Source of the DNA: a virus
Taxonomy: Duplodnaviria; Caudoviricetes
Strand: one strand, 5' to 3'
Length of the DNA stretch: 56,225 nt
IMG/VR virus record: IMGVR_UViG_3300006923_000027
Location: 1 to 56,225 of that record
Shown: piece by piece, positions 7,951-17,717 of the stretch
Position numbering within the stretch: position 1 is the first letter of the stretch
Layout of the letters: each line of letters begins with the position of its first letter
The notes under the pieces: generated by a model
What the model saw: the letters and a program-made list of their open reading frames with translations, nothing else
Database searches by the model: none
Told to the model about the DNA's origin: nothing
Program-made: the position numbers and the translations under genes

Positions 7951-8657
7951 ATTTATGAATAAAAATAAACCATCATACAGATCAGATCAATTAGGTATAC
8001 ATGTGCGTATCTGTTTAATGTTATTGCAAGGTTTATTATTAAGTTCATTATTGTTTTATGGGGGTATTAGTTTTTATAAAAGTGTAAGAAAAGAAACGAT
8101 TAAATTGATGTATATAAATTATATAAAGGGGAAGTATCAAACGATTATTAAAATAAATGATATGTTGAGTCTGTTATAGTATAGAGATTCCATATCAGTT
8201 TTTTTTGGGCATACAAAGAAATAGACATTTTTCCTTTTTTAGAAGTAGTGATTTAAAAAAATAAAACAAAAATAATGTTTATAACTCTTTGTATGCCCTT
8301 TTTTATTATAAGCAGAAATAAATAAAGAGTCAGAATAAATAAAAAAATAACAAATAAATCTTGAACGCTCTTTATAAAAAATCTAAAGAAATTAAAACGG
8401 GATATAAAAATATATATATAATATACATGAGAGGCATGAATAATAAATAAAGTATATCATGTATATATATAATACATCATAAAAAATACAAGAAAAAAAC
8501 TAAGAAAGTATTTGCCTATTTATAATAGGGGGGATAAAATAAATAAATAGGCTATTAATGCAGAGTAATGGAAAGACAAATAAATTCACATACGTGCGTG
8601 TGTGAATAAGAAATAAGTTTATATACATACACATGTGTGTACACATAAGGGTCAAAT

Positions 8658-9056
8658 ATGAATGAAATGTTATTTTTAATTGTTGAGGGAATAGATTTAA
8701 ACCAAGAGTATTATGGTTTTGATGAACCTGATGATATAGAACATAAAGTAATGAAGCATTATGAATCATCAGAAGAATTTTCAATTGAAATAGACAAAGA
8801 AGAAATTGGTGCTTATTATTTAAAGAGAAGAAATATAAAACCTTTGCATATAGTTTTTGATAGGGGTTGGATTATATTTAAAATAAGTCAAGAGGATTTA
8901 TCAAAGGATATGTCAAACAAAGACTATATATCAGATTTTGTATTATCTTTAATTATATTTTTAAAAGCAGAGAAAGAGAGACAAGAGGAAGAAAGAATAA
9001 GACTTGCTGAGGAAAGCAAGAAGAAAAAAGAGATCCCTAACTTTGAGTGGTTATAA
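8658..9056 (+). CDS. hypothetical protein
   Basis: ORF track; AAGGG RBS. Confidence 0.75.
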   Translation: MNEMLFLIVEGIDLNQEYYGFDEPDDIEHKVMKHYESSEEFSIEIDKEEIGAYYLKRRNIKPLHIVFDRGWIIFKISQEDLSKDMSNKDYISDFVLSLIIFLKAEKERQEEERIRLAEESKKKKEIPNFEWL

Positions 9057-10060
9057 TGATAAGCAATGATTTAGAAAATAAATTTGGCATAAATAAAACA
9101 AAGCAGGCTGTGGGTAAAGCTGGCAATATGAGGATAAATAATTTAATTACTTTATATGAAGACTTTGAGCGATTCTTATTAAGAGAGATATATGAGAATT
9201 TTTATTATGAGAAATATGTATATTTAGAATTATCCGAGAAGTATTATTATGTAAAGGATGGTTATTATTTATCTTCAACGGAAGTTGAGAGCTTAGTAAA
9301 AGAAGTTTATTTAACAACAGATTATGTTTCAACATCATATGATAATGTTGGTCAATCAAAAACAAAAGATGAAGAAATAAGAGAAGAGGGTATGAACTTA
9401 TTATATAATATATTTTATGTTCATGTTGAGCAAGGATATTATTTTTATTCTAAGTTAACCGATAAGGAATATGAGCATAGAAAGAGATTATATAAAATAG
9501 AAAAGAAAGAGGGGATAATAAAGGAGTCATCAGACATAATAGATGATATGGATTGGTTAACAAAAGAGAATAAATTTTATTTAAAGGAAATGGAATTAAC
9601 ATCTTATTATTATAGATCAGGAGAGATATTAAATAAGCTTACAGAATCTATCTTTAATTGGACGAGATCAGAGTATGGGTTATATATTAAAATAAAAGAT
9701 ATCAGGGGTGCTACTGTAGAAGAAAGAGGGTTACAGCTACATTCAGGTAAAACAAAGATAATGGGAACAAAAGAGATATATCCTATAGCAGAAGAAGATC
9801 AAATGATATATTATGTTGATATAGCTCTTTTAAAAAATTTGTCATACGATTGGATAAATAATAATTTAAATCTCTGTATGAATAAATGCTTGGGACATAT
9901 GCTAACAAAAAACCCTAGAATGGTTGGGTTTTACTTTGGATCATATTCTTATTATTCCTTACCCGTTTGGTCTGACATCTGCTATGATATATATAATAAA
10001 ATACTTGAGGCTAAAGTAAATACAATTAAACTCCCAAACAATGAGGTTCTTAATGACTAG
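9056..10060 (+). CDS. hypothetical protein
   Basis: Long ORF, TAATG overlap with previous gene. Confidence 0.8.
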   Translation: MISNDLENKFGINKTKQAVGKAGNMRINNLITLYEDFERFLLREIYENFYYEKYVYLELSEKYYYVKDGYYLSSTEVESLVKEVYLTTDYVSTSYDNVGQSKTKDEEIREEGMNLLYNIFYVHVEQGYYFYSKLTDKEYEHRKRLYKIEKKEGIIKESSDIIDDMDWLTKENKFYLKEMELTSYYYRSGEILNKLTESIFNWTRSEYGLYIKIKDIRGATVEERGLQLHSGKTKIMGTKEIYPIAEEDQMIYYVDIALLKNLSYDWINNNLNLCMNKCLGHMLTKNPRMVGFYFGSYSYYSLPVWSDICYDIYNKILEAKVNTIKLPNNEVLND

Positions 10061-10511
10061 CATGAAAAAGAAATTATCAAACATTCTTGATGATAAAATA
10101 AAAGGTGTAAGATTACATTTCTTAAAAAGAAGCAACGGAACAATTGAAAAATTTATGGAAGGTATAAACTATATAGCAACAGCTCATGAAATTAAATATA
10201 AAATTAAAACAGATAAATCATATACGAAGATGATTAACTTCCTATCTATACATAAATTAGAAAATACTTTGTTTGAATACTATGATGATCCTATTAACTT
10301 ACAAAATCAAATGGCGATGGTTACAGCCTTTAATGCCCTTGCAATTAATGCCGAATCAAATAATGATTCTCAAAAAGAGGAAAATTTAAATATGCTGTTG
10401 GCTTATCATAGTATAGCAAGCTCTGATATAGTTAATATAATAACCGAGTGGAAACTTGACCCAAACTTAGATGATGAAGCTCTTGTTAAAGCATGTCAAC
10501 CAAAGGATTAA
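10041..10511 (+). CDS. hypothetical protein
   Basis: ORF track; start may be slightly downstream. Confidence 0.75.
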   Translation: MRFLMTSMKKKLSNILDDKIKGVRLHFLKRSNGTIEKFMEGINYIATAHEIKYKIKTDKSYTKMINFLSIHKLENTLFEYYDDPINLQNQMAMVTAFNALAINAESNNDSQKEENLNMLLAYHSIASSDIVNIITEWKLDPNLDDEALVKACQPKD

Positions 10512-10512
10512 T

Positions 10513-10608
10513 ATGATTAAAATTAAAACCTGCCCATACTGCGATTGCGATCCTTGTGATTGTGGCTGGGGTAACTTATATTTATTTATTAAGGAGATAC
10601 TATGTTAG
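10513..10608 (+). CDS. 31-aa Cys-rich microprotein (CPYCDCDPCDCGWG; not in ORF track)
   Basis: AAAGGA upstream; fills the gap between flanking genes. Confidence 0.55.
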   Translation: MIKIKTCPYCDCDPCDCGWGNLYLFIKEILC

Positions 10609-10856
10609 TATTAACAGGAGCCACTTACGCTCTTAAAGCTATATTCTATGTGGCTATATTTGTTTTATTATCCGAACACTTTAAAAGAAAAGAACAACAC
10701 TATGATAAAATAGATAAAACATTAGATGACTTTATTAAAAACTATAAAAAAAATGCCAATAAGATTATTTTTTCTAACTCCTTTTTTGATGATATTACTG
10801 AAGATATCCCTGCTGGATCACAAATTAAAAATGATTCTATACTAGATAAAGACTAA
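10602..10856 (+). CDS. small membrane protein
   Basis: AAGGAG RBS; N-terminal hydrophobic helix. Confidence 0.75.
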   Translation: MLVLTGATYALKAIFYVAIFVLLSEHFKRKEQHYDKIDKTLDDFIKNYKKNANKIIFSNSFFDDITEDIPAGSQIKNDSILDKD

Positions 10857-10890
10857 CTTTAATTCTATTATTTATAAAAGATTCTTTGCT

Positions 10891-11370
10891 ATGCTAAGAA
10901 TTAATGACAAAGAATTAAAAGAATTTATTAAAGACTTTCAAGATAGTCTGCATTATCATTGGTCTGAAAACGTTCTTAATCAATCTTACGGCTATGAAAT
11001 AATTCAAGATATACCACCTCATTCTATGATAAATAACTGGAATAAAGAAGTATACTTTCTATTTAATGTAGATGATATATACCAACCTAACATAGGTTAC
11101 TATATTAAAAAACAAATTCTTATGGACGGCTTTGAAGAATGGCTGGATCAATCTGATAAATCAACTGACGACCTAGTTAACTTATTATATATAATTAAAC
11201 ATACCGAACAAAAAATAGACGAAGAATGGGGTGACGATATCTTTGAAAGAATTCTGGTTAAATATATAGACTGGATTAGAAACCAAATGAACAACGGTGC
11301 AATCTTTGCTATACCCCTAACTATTAAAATAGAATGGCACGATAAATATTATAAGAATAAGAACAAATAA
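10891..11370 (+). CDS. hypothetical protein
   Basis: ORF track. Confidence 0.75.
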   Translation: MLRINDKELKEFIKDFQDSLHYHWSENVLNQSYGYEIIQDIPPHSMINNWNKEVYFLFNVDDIYQPNIGYYIKKQILMDGFEEWLDQSDKSTDDLVNLLYIIKHTEQKIDEEWGDDIFERILVKYIDWIRNQMNNGAIFAIPLTIKIEWHDKYYKNKNK

Positions 11371-11474
11371 CTTTTTTTACACCAAAACACTTTTTTTACA
11401 CCAAAACACTTTTTTTCAGAGACCAAAGTGACTTTTTCTCAAAAACCGAAGTGGTTTTTTCTCAGAATTCGAAC
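11371..11474. repeat. tandem ~19-22 bp repeats (CTTTTTTTACACCAAAACA x2 plus 3 degenerate copies)
   Basis: Direct reading of the sequence. Confidence 0.85.
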
Positions 11475-11717
11475 AGTATATAGAACATAAAAGATTCTTG
11501 AACTTTTTTACACCAAACCAAAAATAGTGCGTAGGGTTGTATTTCCCACAGGTCAATTTTTAAACCTTTTTATATAAGAAAAAACGGAAACTCAATTTTT
11601 TTTACATGATTTTTTTTTGAGGTTTTGCATATAAGATTTTATGTAGTTGGTGTATGGCTTAAAAGCCAAGTGTGATTTTTTTTACATGAAATTTTTTATA
11701 GTTTTTATATATAAAAA

Positions 11718-11786
11718 AGTGGGTTCAAAGTGGTTCAGAGGGTTCGCTTGGGTTCGAGTGGGTTCAGAGTGGACAAAGTAGGTTTA
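11718..11786. repeat. ~10-bp period GGTTC repeats (iteron-like)
   Basis: gtgggttcaa agtggttcag agggttcgct tgggttcgag tgggttcaga gtggacaaag taggtttaag. Confidence 0.75.
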
Positions 11787-11938
11787 AGGAACTAAAGAAA
11801 CAAAAAGAAATATTAAGGGATTAAAGTAATCGTAAATATAATAAAAAGGAGTTGAACATTATGTCAGGATAAAATTAAAATAATTTATGGAAAGAAGTAA
11901 GTTCGAGTAAGTTCATTAAACCAAAGAGGGTAATAGTT

Positions 11939-12178
11939 ATGGAAGACAAAAAAGAAAAAAATAAACAAGTTTGTTCGTTATGTGGAAAGGAAGTAGTTCC
12001 GAGGGTTGATAATGAAAATCATTGTTCAGTAGAGATCACACATCATTATGGTTCGCCTAAAGATGGTGACATTTTATTATATGATGTTTGTATTGAGTGT
12101 GTTGAAGATATATTTAAAAATGCGATTCCCTTGAGAAAAAGATCAATTTGGGAAAGAATAATAAAGGATGTGAAGTGA
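11939..12178 (+). CDS. small zinc-ribbon protein (CxxC...YGSxxDG...CxxC)
   Basis: CSLC and CIEC pairs. Confidence 0.75.
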   Translation: MEDKKEKNKQVCSLCGKEVVPRVDNENHCSVEITHHYGSPKDGDILLYDVCIECVEDIFKNAIPLRKRSIWERIIKDVK

Positions 12179-12546
12179 AAGACAAAGATATAATTTTAGC
12201 CGAAACAAAAGAATACAAATCGGCATTGGAAGAATTTAATGAGGTAACTGATAGACCGATATGTATTTTCATATATAATGAAGGTTCTTCTTTATCTGAA
12301 AGGATAAAAGTTTTAGATTTAGAAGAGGGGCTAGACAAAGAAGAGTTAGGTGAGGGTGGAGTAATGGTTGCTTGTTTTAATAAAGAATTAAAAGTTAAAA
12401 CAAAAGATTGGTTAGAGTGGGCTATGAATATAGCTAAAGAATGGAGATTGCAAGAAGAAGTAAAAACTTGTTATCACAAACATATTTCTGATGGTTATTC
12501 AGAAGAAGAGTCAGCCAATATGGCTTTATATAATTGGGACATTTAA
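12175..12546 (+). CDS. hypothetical protein
   Basis: GTGA overlap with previous gene. Confidence 0.7.
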   Translation: MKDKDIILAETKEYKSALEEFNEVTDRPICIFIYNEGSSLSERIKVLDLEEGLDKEELGEGGVMVACFNKELKVKTKDWLEWAMNIAKEWRLQEEVKTCYHKHISDGYSEEESANMALYNWDI

Positions 12547-12558
12547 AAGGAGAACAAA

Positions 12559-12732
12559 ATGGAAATAACGGAAGAATTAAAAGATGGAATTATCAGCTAT
12601 GCTATATATGAGTTACTTCATAGAATGAGGGAGGCTGATTATGAGAATTTAATAGACAGTCATCCTGAGTTAAAAGAGTTATCAGATGAAGAAATAGTTG
12701 ATATTATATTAAGTATAGCAGAAGAATTTTAA
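12559..12732 (+). CDS. 57-aa acidic hypothetical protein (not in ORF track)
   Basis: AAGGAG RBS; MEITEELKDG...SIAEEF*. Confidence 0.75.
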   Translation: MEITEELKDGIISYAIYELLHRMREADYENLIDSHPELKELSDEEIVDIILSIAEEF

Positions 12733-12753
12733 ATTTTACAAAGGAGAGAAGGT

Positions 12754-12939
12754 ATGACAAAGTGTGTAGTTAAAGTATATTGGGGTAAAGATCAGCCTCT
12801 TAATAAATCAGAAGAATATTATATAATGGATTTAGAGATCAGTTATAATCATGGTGTAGAGAGTATACATGATCAGATAAGTAGAAACCTAAACAATCAT
12901 TCGTGGACATCTTGTGAGTGGCAAATAATTTATATTTAA
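12754..12939 (+). CDS. hypothetical protein
   Basis: RBS plus ORF. Confidence 0.7.
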   Translation: MTKCVVKVYWGKDQPLNKSEEYYIMDLEISYNHGVESIHDQISRNLNNHSWTSCEWQIIYI

Positions 12940-12951
12940 AAGGGGGGAAGT

Positions 12952-13272
12952 ATGGATAAGTTAAAAAGAGTAGAAGATAGGATAGAGAGTTTGATATCAG
13001 AGTCAGAAGAGGCTTTTGATTATTGTTTGCAGTTAGGAGAGTCTTGTGATCAAAGCAGGTATTCTTCTGCTGAAGAAAAGTTTAATATAATTTCTGTTTT
13101 AAGTCAGATGTTTGAGTCATATCCAGACTGGTTTCGTTTGGGAGATATTCAGTACAAAGATTTTGACCGAGCGTTTTTATCTTTTTATGAAGCACCTTTG
13201 GGTTGTTCTTTGGATTATCCACAGTATGTATCAAATATGGCTTATAATTGGTTTGTTTTAATTTCAAATTAG
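12952..13272 (+). CDS. hypothetical protein
   Basis: RBS plus ORF. Confidence 0.75.
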   Translation: MDKLKRVEDRIESLISESEEAFDYCLQLGESCDQSRYSSAEEKFNIISVLSQMFESYPDWFRLGDIQYKDFDRAFLSFYEAPLGCSLDYPQYVSNMAYNWFVLISN

Positions 13273-13281
13273 GAGAAGGTT

Positions 13282-13473
13282 ATGTGTTATAATTATACAT
13301 ATGAAATGAATTTGGAATACTTTGCAAATAATAATGACCTTGAGTTATCTGAAGATGATTTAAGTGATTTGTTTGTATATGTAGGAAAGAAAGAATGTAG
13401 TAAGGAGAAGTTGCTTTCTTTGATAGAGGAAAGTGGGTTTGATTTTGAGATAATAATGGCATTTAACAAATAA
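13282..13473 (+). CDS. hypothetical protein
   Basis: RBS plus ORF. Confidence 0.7.
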   Translation: MCYNYTYEMNLEYFANNNDLELSEDDLSDLFVYVGKKECSKEKLLSLIEESGFDFEIIMAFNK

Positions 13474-13486
13474 AAGGAGGTTAACA

Positions 13487-13744
13487 ATGTCTAATACATA
13501 TTTGGTTACAGTAGAGGTTAGGGATGGTGAAAACATATATCATGAAAAGGAATTAGTTTCAGTTTCAGAATTAGCACCTAGAGATAAAGATTTTATTTTA
13601 GAGCTTTATGGTGACATAACTTATGATGATTATAATGAGTGTTGGGATATAAGTTGTGGAATGGGTTATCCTCTTGTTACGATAACAGGATATTATTTGG
13701 TTAAGGAAGATCATATAGAAATTTTAAGAAGTTATGGAATTTAA
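13487..13744 (+). CDS. hypothetical protein
   Basis: AAGGAGG RBS. Confidence 0.8.
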   Translation: MSNTYLVTVEVRDGENIYHEKELVSVSELAPRDKDFILELYGDITYDDYNECWDISCGMGYPLVTITGYYLVKEDHIEILRSYGI

Positions 13745-13763
13745 TTTAAAGGAGTAAAAAATC

Positions 13764-14237
13764 ATGACAATAAAAAAGTTGAGTAAAGTTGAAGTAAACA
13801 AAGTTATAAATAAAGTAATAGGAAAGCATATTGCAAAGGTTAATTTATATTTTAACAGTTGTGGTGATGCAGAAGTTAGAAGTAAATTATCTTCAGATTT
13901 AAGTCATTTGACTGAAGTTCGTAATGAATTATTAAAATGTAAAACAGTTAAGGATGAGTATGGTTTTCATTATTTTGTTTCAAATAAAAGAGAGTTTGAA
14001 TATCCGAAGTTAAAGTTTCCTTCTGTTAGTACACACACCAAGGTAAACAAAGAATGTTTATTATTCCCAGATGCATTTGATGATCTTTATTTAGAGGAAT
14101 ATTGTTTGGAAGAGTTTGCTGGAGATTTGCATAAAGTTATAAGAAAAGAAACGTTTGCTTTTACTGCAAATTATGTGATTCGAGGGGGAGAGATGCGTTT
14201 ATTTGCTGATGATTTATTTATTGAAGAAATAGTTTAA
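13764..14237 (+). CDS. hypothetical protein
   Basis: AAGGAG RBS. Confidence 0.8.
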   Translation: MTIKKLSKVEVNKVINKVIGKHIAKVNLYFNSCGDAEVRSKLSSDLSHLTEVRNELLKCKTVKDEYGFHYFVSNKREFEYPKLKFPSVSTHTKVNKECLLFPDAFDDLYLEEYCLEEFAGDLHKVIRKETFAFTANYVIRGGEMRLFADDLFIEEIV

Positions 14238-14266
14238 TTTTAAAATATAAAAGGAAAGGGTGTTTT

Positions 14267-14569
14267 ATGGAAAAAGAATATTGTTTGTATGTATTTACAG
14301 GTTCAAAGAAAGAGCGTTATGTAACTGTTTCTGTTGGGGAAGAGATGACATTAGATCAGTTGTGGGATATGTTATCAGACATAGCAGATGTAGAGCATTG
14401 TGATGAGAGCAAAGTATCTGGAATAACATTTGAATTATTAACTTTAAGTGGTGATGAATTAGATGCTTGGTTTGAAGATGATGCTAATTCAGATGTTTAT
14501 GTGATGTTTCCTCCGAGTTCTGATGATAGCGAAACTGATTCTGTTGAAATTGCTTCTTCTTACGAATAA
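14267..14569 (+). CDS. acidic hypothetical protein
   Basis: RBS plus ORF. Confidence 0.75.
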   Translation: MEKEYCLYVFTGSKKERYVTVSVGEEMTLDQLWDMLSDIADVEHCDESKVSGITFELLTLSGDELDAWFEDDANSDVYVMFPPSSDDSETDSVEIASSYE

Positions 14570-14579
14570 AGGATTTGTT

Positions 14580-14930
14580 ATGAAAATTAAAAAGATAAAT
14601 GGTAAAGATGTAAATAGAGATTTAAGTTTTAATAAATATGATTTATTAAAGTTTTGTATTCGTAACACATTAAATGATTTCTATGATAGTCCTCTCTTTA
14701 TACATGATGTATTTTGGTCATTGTTTGACACAGATGTAGAAGATATTACAAGTAAAGACGGATATCATGAAACAGAAGTAGAGTTTGTTAAAAATAAAAG
14801 AGTTTCTATTGGTAATGTTGACTCTACTTATCATGAGGTTATGTTAATGGCTGAAAAGTTATATGAGGAATTAGAGAACAATGAGGAAAGATTTAAAAGC
14901 AAAATGATTTTATTTGATGATAATGAGTAA
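14580..14930 (+). CDS. hypothetical protein
   Basis: Start moved to the ATG after AAGGA. Confidence 0.7.
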   Translation: MKIKKINGKDVNRDLSFNKYDLLKFCIRNTLNDFYDSPLFIHDVFWSLFDTDVEDITSKDGYHETEVEFVKNKRVSIGNVDSTYHEVMLMAEKLYEELENNEERFKSKMILFDDNE

Positions 14931-14943
14931 AAAGGAGTCAAAT

Positions 14944-15807
14944 ATGAAAACCAAAGAAGAAATTAAAGAAATAAAAGAAAGATGCACTAAGATTAAATTT
15001 AAGTGTAAAAAAAATAAAAATGGTCTTTTTTCAATGCACCTTAGAAATAGACATAAAAAAATTTCTCTGATTTTAAGTTTCTATGATACAAAAGAAGAGG
15101 CAGAAGCTGTATTTGATAAATTTTATATGGTATTTTATTTATACGGAGAGAAAAAAACTTACAAAGAATTAAAAAAATATATTAAAGAGGAGAATAGAAG
15201 AAGATTTTCAAAAATAAAATGTAGATATAAAGAGCTAAAAGAATTGCCAAATTCTTTTATATGTGAAAATGGAGATCTGTACCATACAAATTATTTTATA
15301 TGTGAAAATGGAGATCTGTACCATATTAAAAGACAAATGCTTTTAAACAAGTCTGCTCAATCTATCTCCAAACCTGGATACAAAACTTTTTCTTTACGTG
15401 AAAATAATAAATGTATGACAAAAAATACCCATAGATTTATTGCAAAATATTTTTTAGATGATTTTAATGAAAACTTAATGGTAGATCATATAGATAGAAA
15501 CAAACTAAACAATCATGTTTCTAATCTTAGAATGGTTACAAAAAGAGAGAATTTTTTAAATTCAGACTTTTATGATAATTCAAAAGGTTATCGCTTAATA
15601 AATGGCAAATATCAAGTTCGTATTACTATTTTTCAACAAAGTTTTACTTTAGGTACATATAAAACTAAGAGCGAAGCAATTGATGCATATAAAGCAGCAA
15701 AAGAAAAGACAAAAGATATTTCAGAAGAAAACATTGCAGAATTTTCAAAGTATGCAAAAAAAATCCAACTCAAGGCTGAAAATAAAAGAAAAGGCAATAT
15801 AAGTTAA
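14944..15807 (+). CDS. HNH homing-endonuclease-like protein with AP2-like domain(s)
   Basis: HRFIA...VDHIDRNKLNNHVSNLRMVT HNH motif; C-terminal KYQVRI...LGTYKTKSEA AP2-like segment. Confidence 0.9.
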   Translation: MKTKEEIKEIKERCTKIKFKCKKNKNGLFSMHLRNRHKKISLILSFYDTKEEAEAVFDKFYMVFYLYGEKKTYKELKKYIKEENRRRFSKIKCRYKELKELPNSFICENGDLYHTNYFICENGDLYHIKRQMLLNKSAQSISKPGYKTFSLRENNKCMTKNTHRFIAKYFLDDFNENLMVDHIDRNKLNNHVSNLRMVTKRENFLNSDFYDNSKGYRLINGKYQVRITIFQQSFTLGTYKTKSEAIDAYKAAKEKTKDISEENIAEFSKYAKKIQLKAENKRKGNIS

Positions 15808-15869
15808 TTCTAAAGCTTATTGCAAGGCTTACTACAAACATCATGGAATCAAATTAGAGGATTATAAAG

Positions 15870-16142
15870 ATGATAAATAATTATATTTGGAAAGGAACAA
15901 GTTGTCAAGCCACAGATAAAAATGGAAGTCCTTTGTGGAATGAGCATACTCTTTATAGAAAAGGAGAGACTTTTTACTGTGGGAGAATTGTCACAAATAA
16001 AAGATTTTCAAATTATAAATATTCAATAGATATTTATTTAAGTCCAAATTTAAGATGGCAAGGAGGAGAGAGCGACATTGATGTTGCTAAGTTTAAAGCA
16101 ATAGTTAAAGCTGAAGAGTTATATAAACAATTTAAAAAATAA
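15870..16142 (+). CDS. expanded small-protein family member
   Basis: C-terminal DIDVAKFKAIVKAEEL. Confidence 0.75.
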   Translation: MINNYIWKGTSCQATDKNGSPLWNEHTLYRKGETFYCGRIVTNKRFSNYKYSIDIYLSPNLRWQGGESDIDVAKFKAIVKAEELYKQFKK

Positions 16143-16156
16143 AAAGGGGATTAGTT

Positions 16157-16456
16157 ATGTGGAACTTTTCAAGAAGATTAAAAGAGTTTGATGATTATGA
16201 ATATTCAATCAATGGAAAGGTTGTTGCTAAGCTAGAAGTTTTAAGATCCAAAGAGTCTTATGACCTTAGCAGTGTTAGTTCTTTTGTAGAAACAACAAGG
16301 TCACCTTTAAATAGATCTAAAGTTTATTCTCTTAAGACTTTTGATTTTGAAAAGCGTATTTGGAGGTTTCAAAGAATGTTTAAAGATTATGAGTTGGCAA
16401 AGTTAGGGACTTTAGTTTTATTAAAAGAACTAGGGTATAATGTTACTTTTAAATAG
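16157..16456 (+). CDS. expanded small-protein family member
   Basis: MW start; ELAKLGTLVLLKELGY. Confidence 0.8.
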   Translation: MWNFSRRLKEFDDYEYSINGKVVAKLEVLRSKESYDLSSVSSFVETTRSPLNRSKVYSLKTFDFEKRIWRFQRMFKDYELAKLGTLVLLKELGYNVTFK

Positions 16457-16468
16457 ATTGGAGATATT

Positions 16469-16660
16469 ATGTGGAAAGCATTAAGTGAAAACTATTATAG
16501 TTACATGCATAACAATGAGTGCTTGGTTAATTTAAAAAGAGCTAAAAACTGTTGGGTTGCAGAGATAAAGGTTAGAGATAGGTGGGAGTTACACGATATA
16601 AAAGAAATGGGATTAGATTCTGCAAAAAGAATTTATTTATCTATAATGGAGGCTAATTAA
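16469..16660 (+). CDS. short family member
   Basis: MW start, truncated helix. Confidence 0.65.
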   Translation: MWKALSENYYSYMHNNECLVNLKRAKNCWVAEIKVRDRWELHDIKEMGLDSAKRIYLSIMEAN

Positions 16661-16915
16661 ATGTATTATTTGTTCGGTGGTATAAACTGTGAAGAAACAA
16701 AAAAGATAAAAGAGCATTTAAGGAGTCAAGATATAGGTTTGTTTTATATTCCGACATCTTTTAAGATATCATACTTAGGAATAGTAAAAGAGGTGTTAGA
16801 GAAACATTCAGAAGAAGACTTTCCTATTTTAATTATAAGTATAGATAATGGCGAAGAAAAAGAAACATATGAAGTTATAAAAGATTATGTTTCAATAGAG
16901 GGTTTAAAAGAGTAA
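16661..16915 (+). CDS. hypothetical protein, possibly degenerate glutaredoxin-like
   Basis: NCEETKKIK...FPILII pattern; only one Cys of CxxC. Confidence 0.45.
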   Translation: MYYLFGGINCEETKKIKEHLRSQDIGLFYIPTSFKISYLGIVKEVLEKHSEEDFPILIISIDNGEEKETYEVIKDYVSIEGLKE

Positions 16916-16918
16916 TAT

Positions 16919-17161
16919 ATGTGGAAGAATTACAATCCAGGATGTGGAATACATCATTCTTGTGAATATCAGTTAAAGGGAGCAGTTGTAGCTGTTATAA
17001 AGCCGCATTTTAGAAGAGATGACGCTAGATATATAGGGTTTATTATTCACTTTCATTTTGATACTGTAATTAGGCTTGAAGGAGACAATCTAGAATTGTT
17101 AAAGTTAAAGTGTTTATTAAAAGCAAAAGATTTAGGTTGGGATATAAATAATTTATTTTAA
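16919..17161 (+). CDS. expanded small-protein family member
   Basis: LELLKLKCLLKAKDLGW. Confidence 0.85.
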   Translation: MWKNYNPGCGIHHSCEYQLKGAVVAVIKPHFRRDDARYIGFIIHFHFDTVIRLEGDNLELLKLKCLLKAKDLGWDINNLF

Positions 17162-17237
17162 ACTAAAGACTTTATTAGCAGCAAAAGATTATGGTTATAA
17201 TTTAAACAAAGTTATATGTTAAAACAATGGGAGAGGT

Positions 17238-17510
17238 ATGTGGAAAATTATAACGAATGATGGGACTAGATTTGTTTGTGGACACTACATTGGAGGGTTC
17301 GAAGCGATTCATTTATGGAAGTACAACTTATATTATTGTTGTCATGTGTATAGTTCAAATCATAGAAAGCGTTTTAATTGTTTTTTAAAAGATGAAAGTT
17401 TAGAGCTTTTAAAATTCAAGTCTTTGTTGAAAGCCAAAGAAGTTGGGTGGAATGTAAGCATATCAAATTTAAGAGCTTTAGACAATAATGAAAGGTATCT
17501 GGATACATAA
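17238..17510 (+). CDS. expanded small-protein family member
   Basis: LELLKFKSLLKAKEVGW. Confidence 0.85.
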   Translation: MWKIITNDGTRFVCGHYIGGFEAIHLWKYNLYYCCHVYSSNHRKRFNCFLKDESLELLKFKSLLKAKEVGWNVSISNLRALDNNERYLDT

Positions 17511-17700
17511 TAACAATCGTTATTTTTATTTAAATAATTCAAGCAAAGTATTAGCAGTAATATTTTGTGACGTTTTTGATTCAAAAACATATTACACAGG
17601 TTATGTTTGTGGGAAAGATCAATTTTATATAAACAGTATATATAGTATTTGTGATAATAGCTTAAGACTTGTAAAAGCAAATGTTGAGAATAACTTATAA
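17488..17700 (+). CDS. short family member
   Basis: N-terminal W, truncated helix. Confidence 0.6.
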   Translation: MKGIWIHNNNRYFYLNNSSKVLAVIFCDVFDSKTYYTGYVCGKDQFYINSIYSICDNSLRLVKANVENNL

Positions 17701-17717
17701 AAAAAAGAGAGGTTAAT

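Noticed and set aside
7955-8784. ORFs 7955-8179 (+) and 8500-8784 (-)
   Set aside because: Weak or no RBS and low-complexity AT-rich context. 7955 might be a small membrane protein but cannot be supported from the sequence alone.
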